From Candidatus Avispirillum sp. (GTDB lineage Bacteria; Bacillota; Clostridia; Oscillospirales; CAG-272): a stretch of DNA of 64,000 nt. The notes below the pieces were generated by a model. The model had not been told where the DNA came from and did no database searches. It saw only the letters and a list, made by a program, of their open reading frames with translations. This document shows positions 1 through 8,668 of this stretch, one piece after another. The DNA lies in the NCBI GenBank assembly GCA_045656825.1, contig JAZORY010000031.1:477-64476 (forward strand). The letters are read 5' to 3'. Position 1 is the first letter of the stretch. The number at the start of each line of letters is the position of its first letter. A program made the translations under genes and the position numbers.

Positions 1-799
1 GGATAACAACCTTGCAAATTCCTGTAAGGGGAGCGATTTCTCGAACAAAACCGATTCCGTCAGGGGTTTTAACCTTGCTGTCAACAGGAGGAGTTCTTTT
101 GAGCTCTTCCTCGTAAACGTCGTTTTCGTATCTAAGGCAACACATAAGTCTGCCGCAAGTGCCTGAGATCTTAGCGGAGTTAAGGCTGAGGTTTTGTTCC
201 TTTGCCATTTTTATTGAAACCTGAACGAAATCAGAAAGGAATGTGGAGCAGCAGAAAGGTCTGCCGCAAACGCCGATTCCGCCCATCATTTTTGCCTCAT
301 CACGAATACCTATCTGGCGAAGCTCAATTCTTGTATGGAAGATAGCTGCAAGATCCTTAACAAGCTCTCTGAAGTCAACTCTTCCTTCTGCTGAAAAATA
401 GAAGAGAAGCTTGCTGTTGTCAAATGTGTATTCAGCCTCAATAAGCTTCATTTCAAGATTGTGCTTTGAAATCATCTGAAGGCAGGTGTCAAATGCCTGC
501 TTTTCAAGCTGCTTATTTGATTCGTAGCGCTGAACGTCGTCCTTTGTGGCAAGTCTTTCAACCTCACGAAGAGGGGGGACGATTTCAGAGGAGGAAACCA
601 TCTTGTTTTCAGCTGCTACAAAGCCGAATTCAATTCCTCTGGAGGTTCGAACGATGATTTTATCATCGAGATTAAACTTCATGCCCTCCGGAGAAAAATA
701 GTAGGTTTTGCCGGCTGACTTGAACTTAACTCCGACAACCTCAACCTCTGAGGGAAGCTCTTCTTCCAGTTCTATATCTTTATTGTTCTGATTTTCCAT
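1..799 (-). CDS. yaaT: PSP1/YaaT (RicT) family protein, 3' end runs off the window
   Basis: Manual translation from ATG at 799 gives MENQNNKDIELEEE...VVGVKFKSAGKTYYF...LLFYFSAEGRVDFRELVKDLA...IELRQIGIRDEAK..GGIGVCGRPFCC...KISGTCGRLMCCLRYE. It follows holB, as usual in Firmicutes. Confidence 0.93.
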   Translation of the reverse strand, partial: MENQNNKDIELEEELPSEVEVVGVKFKSAGKTYYFSPEGMKFNLDDKIIVRTSRGIEFGFVAAENKMVSSSEIVPPLREVERLATKDDVQRYESNKQLEKQAFDTCLQMISKHNLEMKLIEAEYTFDNSKLLFYFSAEGRVDFRELVKDLAAIFHTRIELRQIGIRDEAKMMGGIGVCGRPFCCSTFLSDFVQVSIKMAKEQNLSLNSAKISGTCGRLMCCLRYENDVYEEELKRTPPVDSKVKTPDGIGFVREIAPLTGICKVVI

Positions 800-824
800 T
801 GTGAATATATATCCTTTGTTTTAA

Positions 825-1856
825 TTATCTGTTTTCTTTCCATGCGTTAGCTGCAAGAGTGCATAAAACCGTTGAAACGGAAGCGTTTCTGCGGCAGATG
901 TCTTCCTGAGCTGATTCCAGCAGCTTGTAAATACTAAGCAAACGTGGAATCGTTGTTTTAACTGCTTCTGAACGAGCTTTTTCAATGTCCGTGTAGAAAA
1001 GGGTTGATTCATTTCCGTTTTTAAGAGCAATATAATCTCTTACAGCTGTCATAGAAAAGTATAGAATACTTTCAAATTCAGCTCTTTTATAATCAAGTCC
1101 GCGGCAGAAGCTGACAGCATCGGCTGATCCTGCATATAACAGGTGATATACGAGACGATCTGCTATTTCTCTGAATTTGAGAATCGGAGAGCCTTCGGAT
1201 TTGTTGCATAGCGTTATTGCACAGCCAAGGGAACCGGATGATGCTGATGCTGCAATTTTAAGCTTTTCTTCATCGCGCTCGGTTATTTTGCCGCTTGATC
1301 GGAGCTTTTTCAGGTTTTCGAGAATAAACGGAGCAGACAAGCTTTCTGTTTTAATAATATGAGCTCTGCTTCGGATAGTTTCAAGAAGCGAAAGTGCATC
1401 AGTTGTAAGCAGGATGAATATGACGTGAGCGGGAGGCTCCTCCAATGTGAGAAGTAGAGCGTTCTGTGCTTTGTCGTTCATTTTTTCGGCTTCTTCGATT
1501 ATGTATATTTTATAGTCTCCGTCATCGGGAGGATAGCTGACGCCTTGAAGCATATTTCTTATAACGTCAACCTGAATAGTAGCAGCGCTGCCTCTGTTAA
1601 CGTACTGGACGTCGGTGGAATATCCTGCTTCGATTTTAGAGCAGGAAGGGCACGATCCGCAAGGGAGTGTCTCGTCGTTTTTTCCTTTTTTTGCACATAG
1701 AATAGCCATAGCGATCTGAAGCGCAGCTGTGTGCTTGCCGCTGCCCTCAGCGCCTTCTATAATATATGCATGAGAGTGCTTTCCTGAAAGGATATCTTTG
1801 CCGCAAAGCTCTTTTATTGCATGGTTGCCAAGGAGTCTTGGGAAAATATTATTCAT
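825..1856 (-). CDS. holB: DNA polymerase III delta' subunit
   Basis: HAYIIEGAEGSGK P-loop, C..CGSCPSC zinc motif, AQNALLLTLEEPP, ETIRSR. Confidence 0.92.
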   Translation of the reverse strand: MNNIFPRLLGNHAIKELCGKDILSGKHSHAYIIEGAEGSGKHTAALQIAMAILCAKKGKNDETLPCGSCPSCSKIEAGYSTDVQYVNRGSAATIQVDVIRNMLQGVSYPPDDGDYKIYIIEEAEKMNDKAQNALLLTLEEPPAHVIFILLTTDALSLLETIRSRAHIIKTESLSAPFILENLKKLRSSGKITERDEEKLKIAASASSGSLGCAITLCNKSEGSPILKFREIADRLVYHLLYAGSADAVSFCRGLDYKRAEFESILYFSMTAVRDYIALKNGNESTLFYTDIEKARSEAVKTTIPRLLSIYKLLESAQEDICRRNASVSTVLCTLAANAWKENR

Positions 1857-1889
1857 AAAAAACTCCTTTCAAAAAACACATTACAAAAT

Positions 1890-1918
1890 ATTATATCAAA
1901 AATATCTGTGATTGTCAA
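1890..1918 (-). promoter_or_regulatory. sigmaA-type promoter for holB-yaaT
   Basis: TTGACA-N17-TATAAT on the minus strand. Confidence 0.75.
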
Positions 1919-2018
1919 ACAAAACATATATAAGAATATCGCCCTCAATATAACTTGTTTGCTTTTGTGAAAATCAAGAGAAAATAATATTGCTTCCGTT
2001 TGAAAATAGGAGTGGTAT

Positions 2019-2591
2019 ATGAGGAGAAACAGGATTAAAAACCGAGCGGCAACAGTGCTGGTATTTCTTATGTTGTGTTCTATCTATGGTGCTGGCAAAA
2101 TTTACGCAATTGCAGAAAATATTGCATTTAATGCGGATGTATTTTCGGCAGATACAGATCAGGATTATGGTGGCGTAAAATATAACGAAAGAAAGCAAAA
2201 TGATGCAAAAAAGGCAGTAAAATCCATATTAGACAGCGGTGTAAATACCAGAGTATCCCGATTTAGCGGAGAAGAGGGTGTTATCGTGTGCTATACGAGA
2301 AACGTTTATATTGAGCTGGATGCTTTTAGTATGCATCCAACCTATCTGATATATGAGTGCAAAGCGGAAAATCCTAAATATACTCTTGATGATTGTCAGC
2401 GAATAGCGCTCAGGTTCGCCTTCAGAAATATGCCGAGAAGGATGAAGGCAAACGATTCAACCGTGCAATCGGAAGGTGTGGAAAATAACGTTGCCCTGTA
2501 TCAAATAAATTTCAGCAACGGAAGACTGAATGTTGCTGTGAGAATGGACACGGGAAGTGTTGTTTTTTATGACGTATCTGAAGATTTTTAG
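2019..2591 (+). CDS. Secreted or membrane-anchored protein with a YpeB/PepSY-like C-terminus
   Basis: AGGAG RBS and N-terminal hydrophobic segment. C-terminal VAVRMDTGSVVFYD resembles the YpeB PepSY repeat (V.VALD.GEIVGFDA). Confidence 0.45.
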   Translation: MRRNRIKNRAATVLVFLMLCSIYGAGKIYAIAENIAFNADVFSADTDQDYGGVKYNERKQNDAKKAVKSILDSGVNTRVSRFSGEEGVIVCYTRNVYIELDAFSMHPTYLIYECKAENPKYTLDDCQRIALRFAFRNMPRRMKANDSTVQSEGVENNVALYQINFSNGRLNVAVRMDTGSVVFYDVSEDF

Positions 2592-2631
2592 TGAATGTAT
2601 TATTTATTATGTATATTTAAGCTTATAATGC

Positions 2632-2660
2632 TTGAAAAAATATCAAAAGTATGGTATCAT
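2632..2660 (+). promoter_or_regulatory. sigmaA-type promoter for the 2704-11039 operon
   Basis: TTGAAA-N17-TATCAT with TG extension. Confidence 0.55.
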
Positions 2661-2703
2661 AAATAGGATGGCTAAGTATGCATAAATAAAATGGAGGACA
2701 GTT

Positions 2704-3813
2704 ATGAAGATAGGTATTCTCGGATTTGGAAGTATGGGTAAAACCCATGCATATTCTATTGCAAATCTTAAATATTTTTATAGTCCCCTGAGCTTTGAGG
2801 CTGAGGTGAAGGGCATTTGCACAAGAAATATTTCGAGAGCGGAAGAGCTGTGCGCTCAGTATGGCGTTGGCAAGGCCTATGCGAACGAGGACGAAATGAT
2901 AGCTGATCCTGAAATAGACGTTATTGATATATGTACTCCAAATATAGCTCATTATGAAACGCTTAAGAAGGCAATTGCGGCAGGAAAGCATATATATTGC
3001 GAAAAGCCTCTGTGCACAACTGCGGCTGAAGCTGCTGAAATAGCAGAGCTGGCCAAAGAAAAGGGAATAACAAATGCAGTTGTTTTCAACACCAGATTCC
3101 TTCTTCCCGTGATAAGAGCGAAGGAGCTTGTTGAGGCAGGGAAGATAGGAGAGGTTCTTTCTTTCCGTGGAGCATTTCTGCATAGCAGCTCTGCTGATCC
3201 CAATAAGCCTGCAGGCTGGAAGCAGAATAAGGACATCTGCGGAGGCGGAGTTTTGTTTGACCTTGGTTCGCATATAATTGACCTTATCTATTATCTTTGC
3301 GGTGAATTTGAAGCAGTTTCAGGAATGTCCCAGATCGCATATAAAACAAGAGCAGGAATGGACGGAACAACTTGGGAAACAAACGCCGATGAAGCATTTT
3401 ATATGACTGCACGTCTGAAATGCGGTGCATGCGGAACAATTTCCGTTGGCAAAATAATGCACGGCACAAACGATGACCACTCATTTGAAATATTTGGAAC
3501 AAAGGGAAGCATCAAATTCGATCTTATGGATCCTAACTTCCTTTGGTTTTACGATGCAACAGCACCTGAAAACGTTCGTGGATATACGAAAATCGAGTGC
3601 TGCGGAAGATATGCCGCGCCGGGAGGAGTTTTCCCCGGAGTTAAGGCGCCTATCGGATGGCTCAGAGGCCACGTTGGAAGCATGTATAATTTCCTTTCTG
3701 CCGTTGCTGAAGGCAAGAAGTGTGTTCCGTCATTTGACGATGCTGCGCATATTCAGGCAGTAATGGAGGCAGCATATCGTTCTGCTGAAACAGGAAAGCT
3801 GGAGACTGTATGA
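2704..3813 (+). CDS. Gfo/Idh/MocA family oxidoreductase
   Basis: GILGFGSMG Rossmann motif, HIYCEKP, GGGVLFDLGSHIID. Confidence 0.92.
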   Translation: MKIGILGFGSMGKTHAYSIANLKYFYSPLSFEAEVKGICTRNISRAEELCAQYGVGKAYANEDEMIADPEIDVIDICTPNIAHYETLKKAIAAGKHIYCEKPLCTTAAEAAEIAELAKEKGITNAVVFNTRFLLPVIRAKELVEAGKIGEVLSFRGAFLHSSSADPNKPAGWKQNKDICGGGVLFDLGSHIIDLIYYLCGEFEAVSGMSQIAYKTRAGMDGTTWETNADEAFYMTARLKCGACGTISVGKIMHGTNDDHSFEIFGTKGSIKFDLMDPNFLWFYDATAPENVRGYTKIECCGRYAAPGGVFPGVKAPIGWLRGHVGSMYNFLSAVAEGKKCVPSFDDAAHIQAVMEAAYRSAETGKLETV

Positions 3814-4433
3814 TTATAAACGGGTTGAAGGTTATCGGAGTTTGCGGCAGAAGCGGATCAGGCAAGGGATACGTCAGTCGTATGTTTTCTCTTTTCGGGA
3901 TTCCCTCTGTTGATACCGATGCAGTGTACAGAGATATAATCTCAGGCGGCGCCAGAACAGAATGTGTCGGAGAGCTTGTATCAGCCTTTGGTTCTTCAAT
4001 CGTTGATGAAGAAGGAAATCTTATTAAAAGAAAACTGGCAAATATGGTATTTGCCGAGGGCGCAGGATCAAAGCTTCAGATGCTTAATCAGATAACCCAT
4101 AAATACATACTTGCAGAAACTCTGCGAATTCTTAGTGAATATAAAAAGATGGGCAAGAAAGCAGCAATAATAGATGCTCCCGTTCTTTTTGAAAGCGGAT
4201 TTGATTATTATTGTGATATCAAGCTTTGTGTAACAGCGCCTGAAGAAATCCTGATAGAGCGAATCGTCAGCCGTGATAATATTCCCGAGTTTGAAGCACG
4301 ACGTCGCCTTTCAACTCAGATTACGGCGGAGCGCCTTCGAGAGCTGTGCGATTGCGAGATAGTAAACGACGGCAAAGCAGATATAATAAAGCAGATCAAG
4401 GAAATAACAGAACGATTTGAGCTTGATAAATAG
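3810..4433 (+). CDS. coaE: Dephospho-CoA kinase
   Basis: GVCGRSGSGKG P-loop, LNQITH, IDAPVLFESG; coaE-slt synteny. Confidence 0.9.
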   Translation: MIINGLKVIGVCGRSGSGKGYVSRMFSLFGIPSVDTDAVYRDIISGGARTECVGELVSAFGSSIVDEEGNLIKRKLANMVFAEGAGSKLQMLNQITHKYILAETLRILSEYKKMGKKAAIIDAPVLFESGFDYYCDIKLCVTAPEEILIERIVSRDNIPEFEARRRLSTQITAERLRELCDCEIVNDGKADIIKQIKEITERFELDK

Positions 4434-4452
4434 AAAATAAAGGAGATTTGAT

Positions 4453-5028
4453 ATGAGATATAAGGATGCGCTGATGCGAAGCGTAGTTATAGTAGTCATA
4501 TTGATATTATCCATCATTTGCGGGCTGCTGTTTGATTTCTTTTATGATAAGTATGAGCGAAAAGCTTATCCTAAGGAGTTTGAAGAATACGTTGAAAAAT
4601 ATGCCTCTCAGTATGGTGTTCCGGAAAGCGTAGTCTATGCAGTTATAAAAACTGAAAGCGGATATAATTCCGGTGCCGTATCCGAGGTGGGCGCGGTTGG
4701 GCTTATGCAAATGATGCCGGACACTTTCAACTGGCTTACAACGCTTACGAAGGAAACTCTTGATAAAGGAATGTTATACGATCCTGAAACAAATATAAAA
4801 TACGGAACGTATTATCTTTCTTATTTGTATTTGAAATACGGTAGCTGGGACACGGTATACGCCGCGTATAATGCAGGCGAAGGAAACGTGGATGATTGGC
4901 TCGGTGAGGCTGTGGATGCAGACGGGGCGAAAAAGCTGACGGATATTCCGTTTAAGGAAACGAAGAACTACGTTAAAAAAGTAAACAAAGCGGCCGAAAT
5001 CTATGATAGGCTGTACTATAAAGTATAA
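4453..5028 (+). CDS. Lytic transglycosylase (SLT domain) with N-terminal anchor
   Basis: AVIKTESG, GAVGLMQMMP, AAYNAG, ETKNYV motifs. Confidence 0.92.
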   Translation: MRYKDALMRSVVIVVILILSIICGLLFDFFYDKYERKAYPKEFEEYVEKYASQYGVPESVVYAVIKTESGYNSGAVSEVGAVGLMQMMPDTFNWLTTLTKETLDKGMLYDPETNIKYGTYYLSYLYLKYGSWDTVYAAYNAGEGNVDDWLGEAVDADGAKKLTDIPFKETKNYVKKVNKAAEIYDRLYYKV

Positions 5029-5033
5029 AATCA

Positions 5034-6464
5034 ATGGAGGTAATAAAAATGGAAATGGAAAACAAAACAAAGGGCGAAATGCTTCGTGAGGAGCTTTTCT
5101 ATACTAAGAAAAATGTTTTTGACGTTAGAACTCTTGAGGAGCTTGACGAAGCAAGAGAATATGCTAAGGGTTATGCAGAATATCTTGACAACTCAAAGAC
5201 AGAAAGAGAAGCTGTAATTACAACGATCAAGATGCTCAAGGATAGAGGATATACAGAATATTCTCTCGGCGATAAGGTTGTAGCAGGCGGTAAATATTAC
5301 CTTAACAATCGTGGCAAAGAGATTTTTGCGTTCAGAGTTGGTAGCGAAAGCCTTAATAATGGCGTTCGTATCAGCGCAGCTCATATTGATAGCCCCCGTC
5401 TTGACCTCAAGCAGCACCCTCTCTTCGAGGATAGCGGTTTTGGCTATCTTAAGACACACTACTATGGCGGTATCAGAAAGTATCAGTGGCCCACGATCCA
5501 GCTTGCACTTCACGGCGTAGTAACAAAGCGTGGAGGAGAAACGATCGAGATCAATATCGGTGAAGAGCCCGGCGATCCCGTATTCGTTATTACAGATCTT
5601 CTGCCTCATCTCAGCGCTGATCAGAATAAGAAGCCTCTCGGAAGCGCATTCTCAGGCGAAGGCCTCAATCTTCTCGTTGGTTCTACACCCTTCTATGAAG
5701 AGGATGGCACAGTAACTAAGGTTGACGAAAAGGTTAAGCTCAATATTATGGCTATGCTCAATGAAAAGTATGGCATCGTAGAAAGCGACTTTATCTGTGC
5801 AGAGCTTTGCGCAGTTCCCGCAGGAAAGAGCGTTGACGTAGGTCTTGACAGATGGCTTCTCGGTGGCTACGGACACGACGACAGAGTTTGTGCATATCCT
5901 GCGCTCACAGCTCTCTGGGCAACAGATGACAGCGAGCATACAGTAATTTGCGTTCTTGCAGATAAGGAAGAAACAGGCAGCGATGGCCCCACGGGTATGC
6001 AGTGCTGGATCCTTTCTGACCTTATCGATGAGCTTTGCGCTGTAACGGGAGCTGATTCTTACGTTTGCCGTTCCAAGTCTATGTGCCTTTCTGCTGACGT
6101 TAGCGCAGCATACGATCCCCTTTATCCCGAGGTGTATGAAAAGCGTAATTCCGCAATTGTAAACTGTGGCGTGGTTATGAATAAGTACACAGGTGCTGGC
6201 GGTAAGTATTCCACAAATGATGCAACAGCTGAGTTTGTCGGTACTATTAGAGATCTCTTTGGTGATGACGTTCTCTGGCAGACAGCCGAGCTTGGTAAGA
6301 TAGACGTTGGCGGCGGCGGAACAGTTGCTAAATACATATCCAACTGCAATATTGATACAATTGACGTTGGTGTTCCCGTTCTTTCTATGCACGCTCCCTT
6401 TGAAGTTATCTCCAAGGGCGACCTTTACGAAACACATAAGGCCTTCGTTGCTTTTTGTAAGTAA
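5034..6464 (+). CDS. M18 family aminopeptidase (start may be 5049)
   Basis: AHIDSPRLDLK, THYYGGIRKYQW, GHDDR, DKEETGS, SMHAP. Confidence 0.92.
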   Translation: MEVIKMEMENKTKGEMLREELFYTKKNVFDVRTLEELDEAREYAKGYAEYLDNSKTEREAVITTIKMLKDRGYTEYSLGDKVVAGGKYYLNNRGKEIFAFRVGSESLNNGVRISAAHIDSPRLDLKQHPLFEDSGFGYLKTHYYGGIRKYQWPTIQLALHGVVTKRGGETIEINIGEEPGDPVFVITDLLPHLSADQNKKPLGSAFSGEGLNLLVGSTPFYEEDGTVTKVDEKVKLNIMAMLNEKYGIVESDFICAELCAVPAGKSVDVGLDRWLLGGYGHDDRVCAYPALTALWATDDSEHTVICVLADKEETGSDGPTGMQCWILSDLIDELCAVTGADSYVCRSKSMCLSADVSAAYDPLYPEVYEKRNSAIVNCGVVMNKYTGAGGKYSTNDATAEFVGTIRDLFGDDVLWQTAELGKIDVGGGGTVAKYISNCNIDTIDVGVPVLSMHAPFEVISKGDLYETHKAFVAFCK

Positions 6465-6473
6465 TTAAAACGA

Positions 6474-7547
6474 ATGTTAAATAAGCTTAAAGAAGTTAAA
6501 GAGAATTTCCTCTCTATCGAAGCTAGACTTGCATTGCCAGAAACGGCTTCCGATAACAATCTTTATAAAAAGCTGATGCGAGAGTATAAGCACCTTTCAC
6601 CCATAGTAGAGAAGTATGCTGAGTATGAAAAGACCTTAGCAGACGTTGAGGGTGCTAAGGAGATTATGGAAGAGGAAACCGACAGCGAAATGCGCGAAAT
6701 GGCCGCAGAGGAGTATTATAGCGGTAAGGATGAGCTTGTCCGAATTGAAGAGGAATTGAAGATATTGCTTCTCCCTAAGGATCCAAACGACGATAAAAAC
6801 GTTGTGGTTGAGATCCGTGCAGGTGCAGGCGGTGATGAAGCAGCCCTTTTTGCAGGCGTTCTTTATCGTATGTATTCTATGTACGCTGAAAGTAAGCGAT
6901 GGAAAACAGAGCTTATTTCCGCAAATGAAACGGGCCTTGGAGGATTTCGCGAAATATCCTTTATGATAGATGGCGAAGGAGCATATTCCCGTCTTAAATA
7001 CGAGTCAGGCGTTCATAGAGTTCAGCGAGTTCCCGAAACGGAATCTTCAGGAAGAATTCATACGTCAACTGCAACGGTTGCAGTTCTTCCCGAAGCCGAG
7101 GACGTTGAGGTTGAGATCAACCAGAGCGATCTGGACATTGAAACCTGTAAATCAAGCGGAGCAGGTGGACAGCATATCAATAAAACAGAGTCCGCAATCA
7201 GAATCATTCATAAGCCCACGGGCATTGTTGTTGAATGTCAGGACGAGCGCAGTCAGCTTAAAAATAAGGATAAGGCAATGAAGCTTCTTCGTGCAAAGCT
7301 CTTTGATATCAAGCAGAGAGAGCAGGCTGATAAGATCGCAAGCGAGCGTCGTTCTCAGGTTGGAACGGGAGACCGCAGCGAGCGCATCAGAACGTATAAT
7401 TTCCGCGAAAACAGAGTTTCCGACCATAGAATCGGACTTACGGTGTATACCCTTGATTCCTTTGTAAACGGAGATATAGAGTCAGTTATAGATGCCCTTG
7501 CAACAGCTGACACAGCTGAAAAGCTGAAGGGCGAGTCAAACGCTTAA
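6474..7547 (+). CDS. prfA: Peptide chain release factor 1
   Basis: GVHRVQRVPET (PxT motif), GAGGQHINKT, RSERIRTYNF. Confidence 0.97.
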   Translation: MLNKLKEVKENFLSIEARLALPETASDNNLYKKLMREYKHLSPIVEKYAEYEKTLADVEGAKEIMEEETDSEMREMAAEEYYSGKDELVRIEEELKILLLPKDPNDDKNVVVEIRAGAGGDEAALFAGVLYRMYSMYAESKRWKTELISANETGLGGFREISFMIDGEGAYSRLKYESGVHRVQRVPETESSGRIHTSTATVAVLPEAEDVEVEINQSDLDIETCKSSGAGGQHINKTESAIRIIHKPTGIVVECQDERSQLKNKDKAMKLLRAKLFDIKQREQADKIASERRSQVGTGDRSERIRTYNFRENRVSDHRIGLTVYTLDSFVNGDIESVIDALATADTAEKLKGESNA

Positions 7548-7559
7548 AAATTTATTATG

Positions 7560-7581
7560 GGGCGGAGAATCCTCTCCGCCC
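7560..7581 (+). other. Intra-operon GC-rich hairpin between prfA and sua5
   Basis: GGGCGGAGA-atcc-TCTCCGCCC with no U-tract. Confidence 0.55.
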
Positions 7582-7601
7582 TCATACTAAAGGTGAAAAA
7601 A

Positions 7602-8624
7602 TTGAGAACAGAATTAGTAACCCCCTCAAAAGAAGTTTATGAAAAGGCAGGAGAGATCCTTCGTTGCGGAGGGCTTGTTGCATTTCCTACGGAAACCGTG
7701 TACGGTTTGGGCGGAAACGCCCTTGATCCTGATGCGGGAACAAAAATATTTGCAGCAAAGGGCAGGCCAAGCGATAATCCTCTCATAGTTCATATATCCT
7801 CTCCTGAGGATGCGGAGAAAATTGCATATACAAATGAAGACTATTATAAGCTGGCAAAGGCTTTTATGCCCGGTCCACTCACAGTAGTTCTTCCTAAAAA
7901 GGACGTAGTCCCCGATTCTGTAACGGGCGGAATTAAAACCGTTGCAGTCCGTTGCCCCGCACATCCGGTGGCAAGGGAGCTTATCCGTGTGTCAGGTGTG
8001 CCGATTGCCGCACCCTCTGCCAACCTTTCAGGCTCTCCCTCTCCCACAACAGCAGAATACGTTATGAGAGATATGGACGGACGAATTGAAATGATAATAG
8101 ATGGCGGGCAGTCTGAGATCGGAGTTGAAAGCACAGTCGTTTCTCTCACAGGAGAGGTTTGTACAGTACTTCGTCCCGGAGATATCATCCCGCGAGAGCT
8201 TTACGAGGTGGTTGGTGATGTTGCCGTGGCAGAGGCGGTAAAGGTTCCGTCAGCTGCGGGTGAAAATCCCGAATCTCCCGGAATGAAATATAAGCACTAT
8301 GCCCCCGAAACAGAGCTTGTGCTCCTTTCAGGTACAAGAGAGGACGTTATAAGCTTTGTCAATAAAGAAACGAAAAAAACTGCCGTTCTCGCTTATTCTG
8401 AGGACGCAGATAAATATAAAAATGCATACGTTATAGATATAGGCCCCGCAGACGATGCTAAGGGTCAGATGCATAATCTTTTCAAGGCCCTTCGCGACGT
8501 TGAAAATGCAGAGGCTGATATCATCTATGCAAATCTTCCCGCTGAAAGCGACGATTTTCTCGCGCTTTATAACAGAATGATCCGCGCTTGCGGTGGTGTT
8601 GTTATAAACGTTAGTGATAAGTAA
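7602..8624 (+). CDS. sua5: L-threonylcarbamoyladenylate synthase (Sua5/TsaC2); TTG start inferred
   Basis: VAFPTETVYGLG, KGRPSDNPLIVH, AAPSANLSG, SPGMKYKHYAP plus SUA5 C-domain; AAGGTG RBS before TTG 7602. Confidence 0.93.
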   Translation: MRTELVTPSKEVYEKAGEILRCGGLVAFPTETVYGLGGNALDPDAGTKIFAAKGRPSDNPLIVHISSPEDAEKIAYTNEDYYKLAKAFMPGPLTVVLPKKDVVPDSVTGGIKTVAVRCPAHPVARELIRVSGVPIAAPSANLSGSPSPTTAEYVMRDMDGRIEMIIDGGQSEIGVESTVVSLTGEVCTVLRPGDIIPRELYEVVGDVAVAEAVKVPSAAGENPESPGMKYKHYAPETELVLLSGTREDVISFVNKETKKTAVLAYSEDADKYKNAYVIDIGPADDAKGQMHNLFKALRDVENAEADIIYANLPAESDDFLALYNRMIRACGGVVINVSDK

Positions 8625-8668
8625 AGGGAAGAGAATTTTATAACTATAATTTAGGAACGGTAAAGTAA

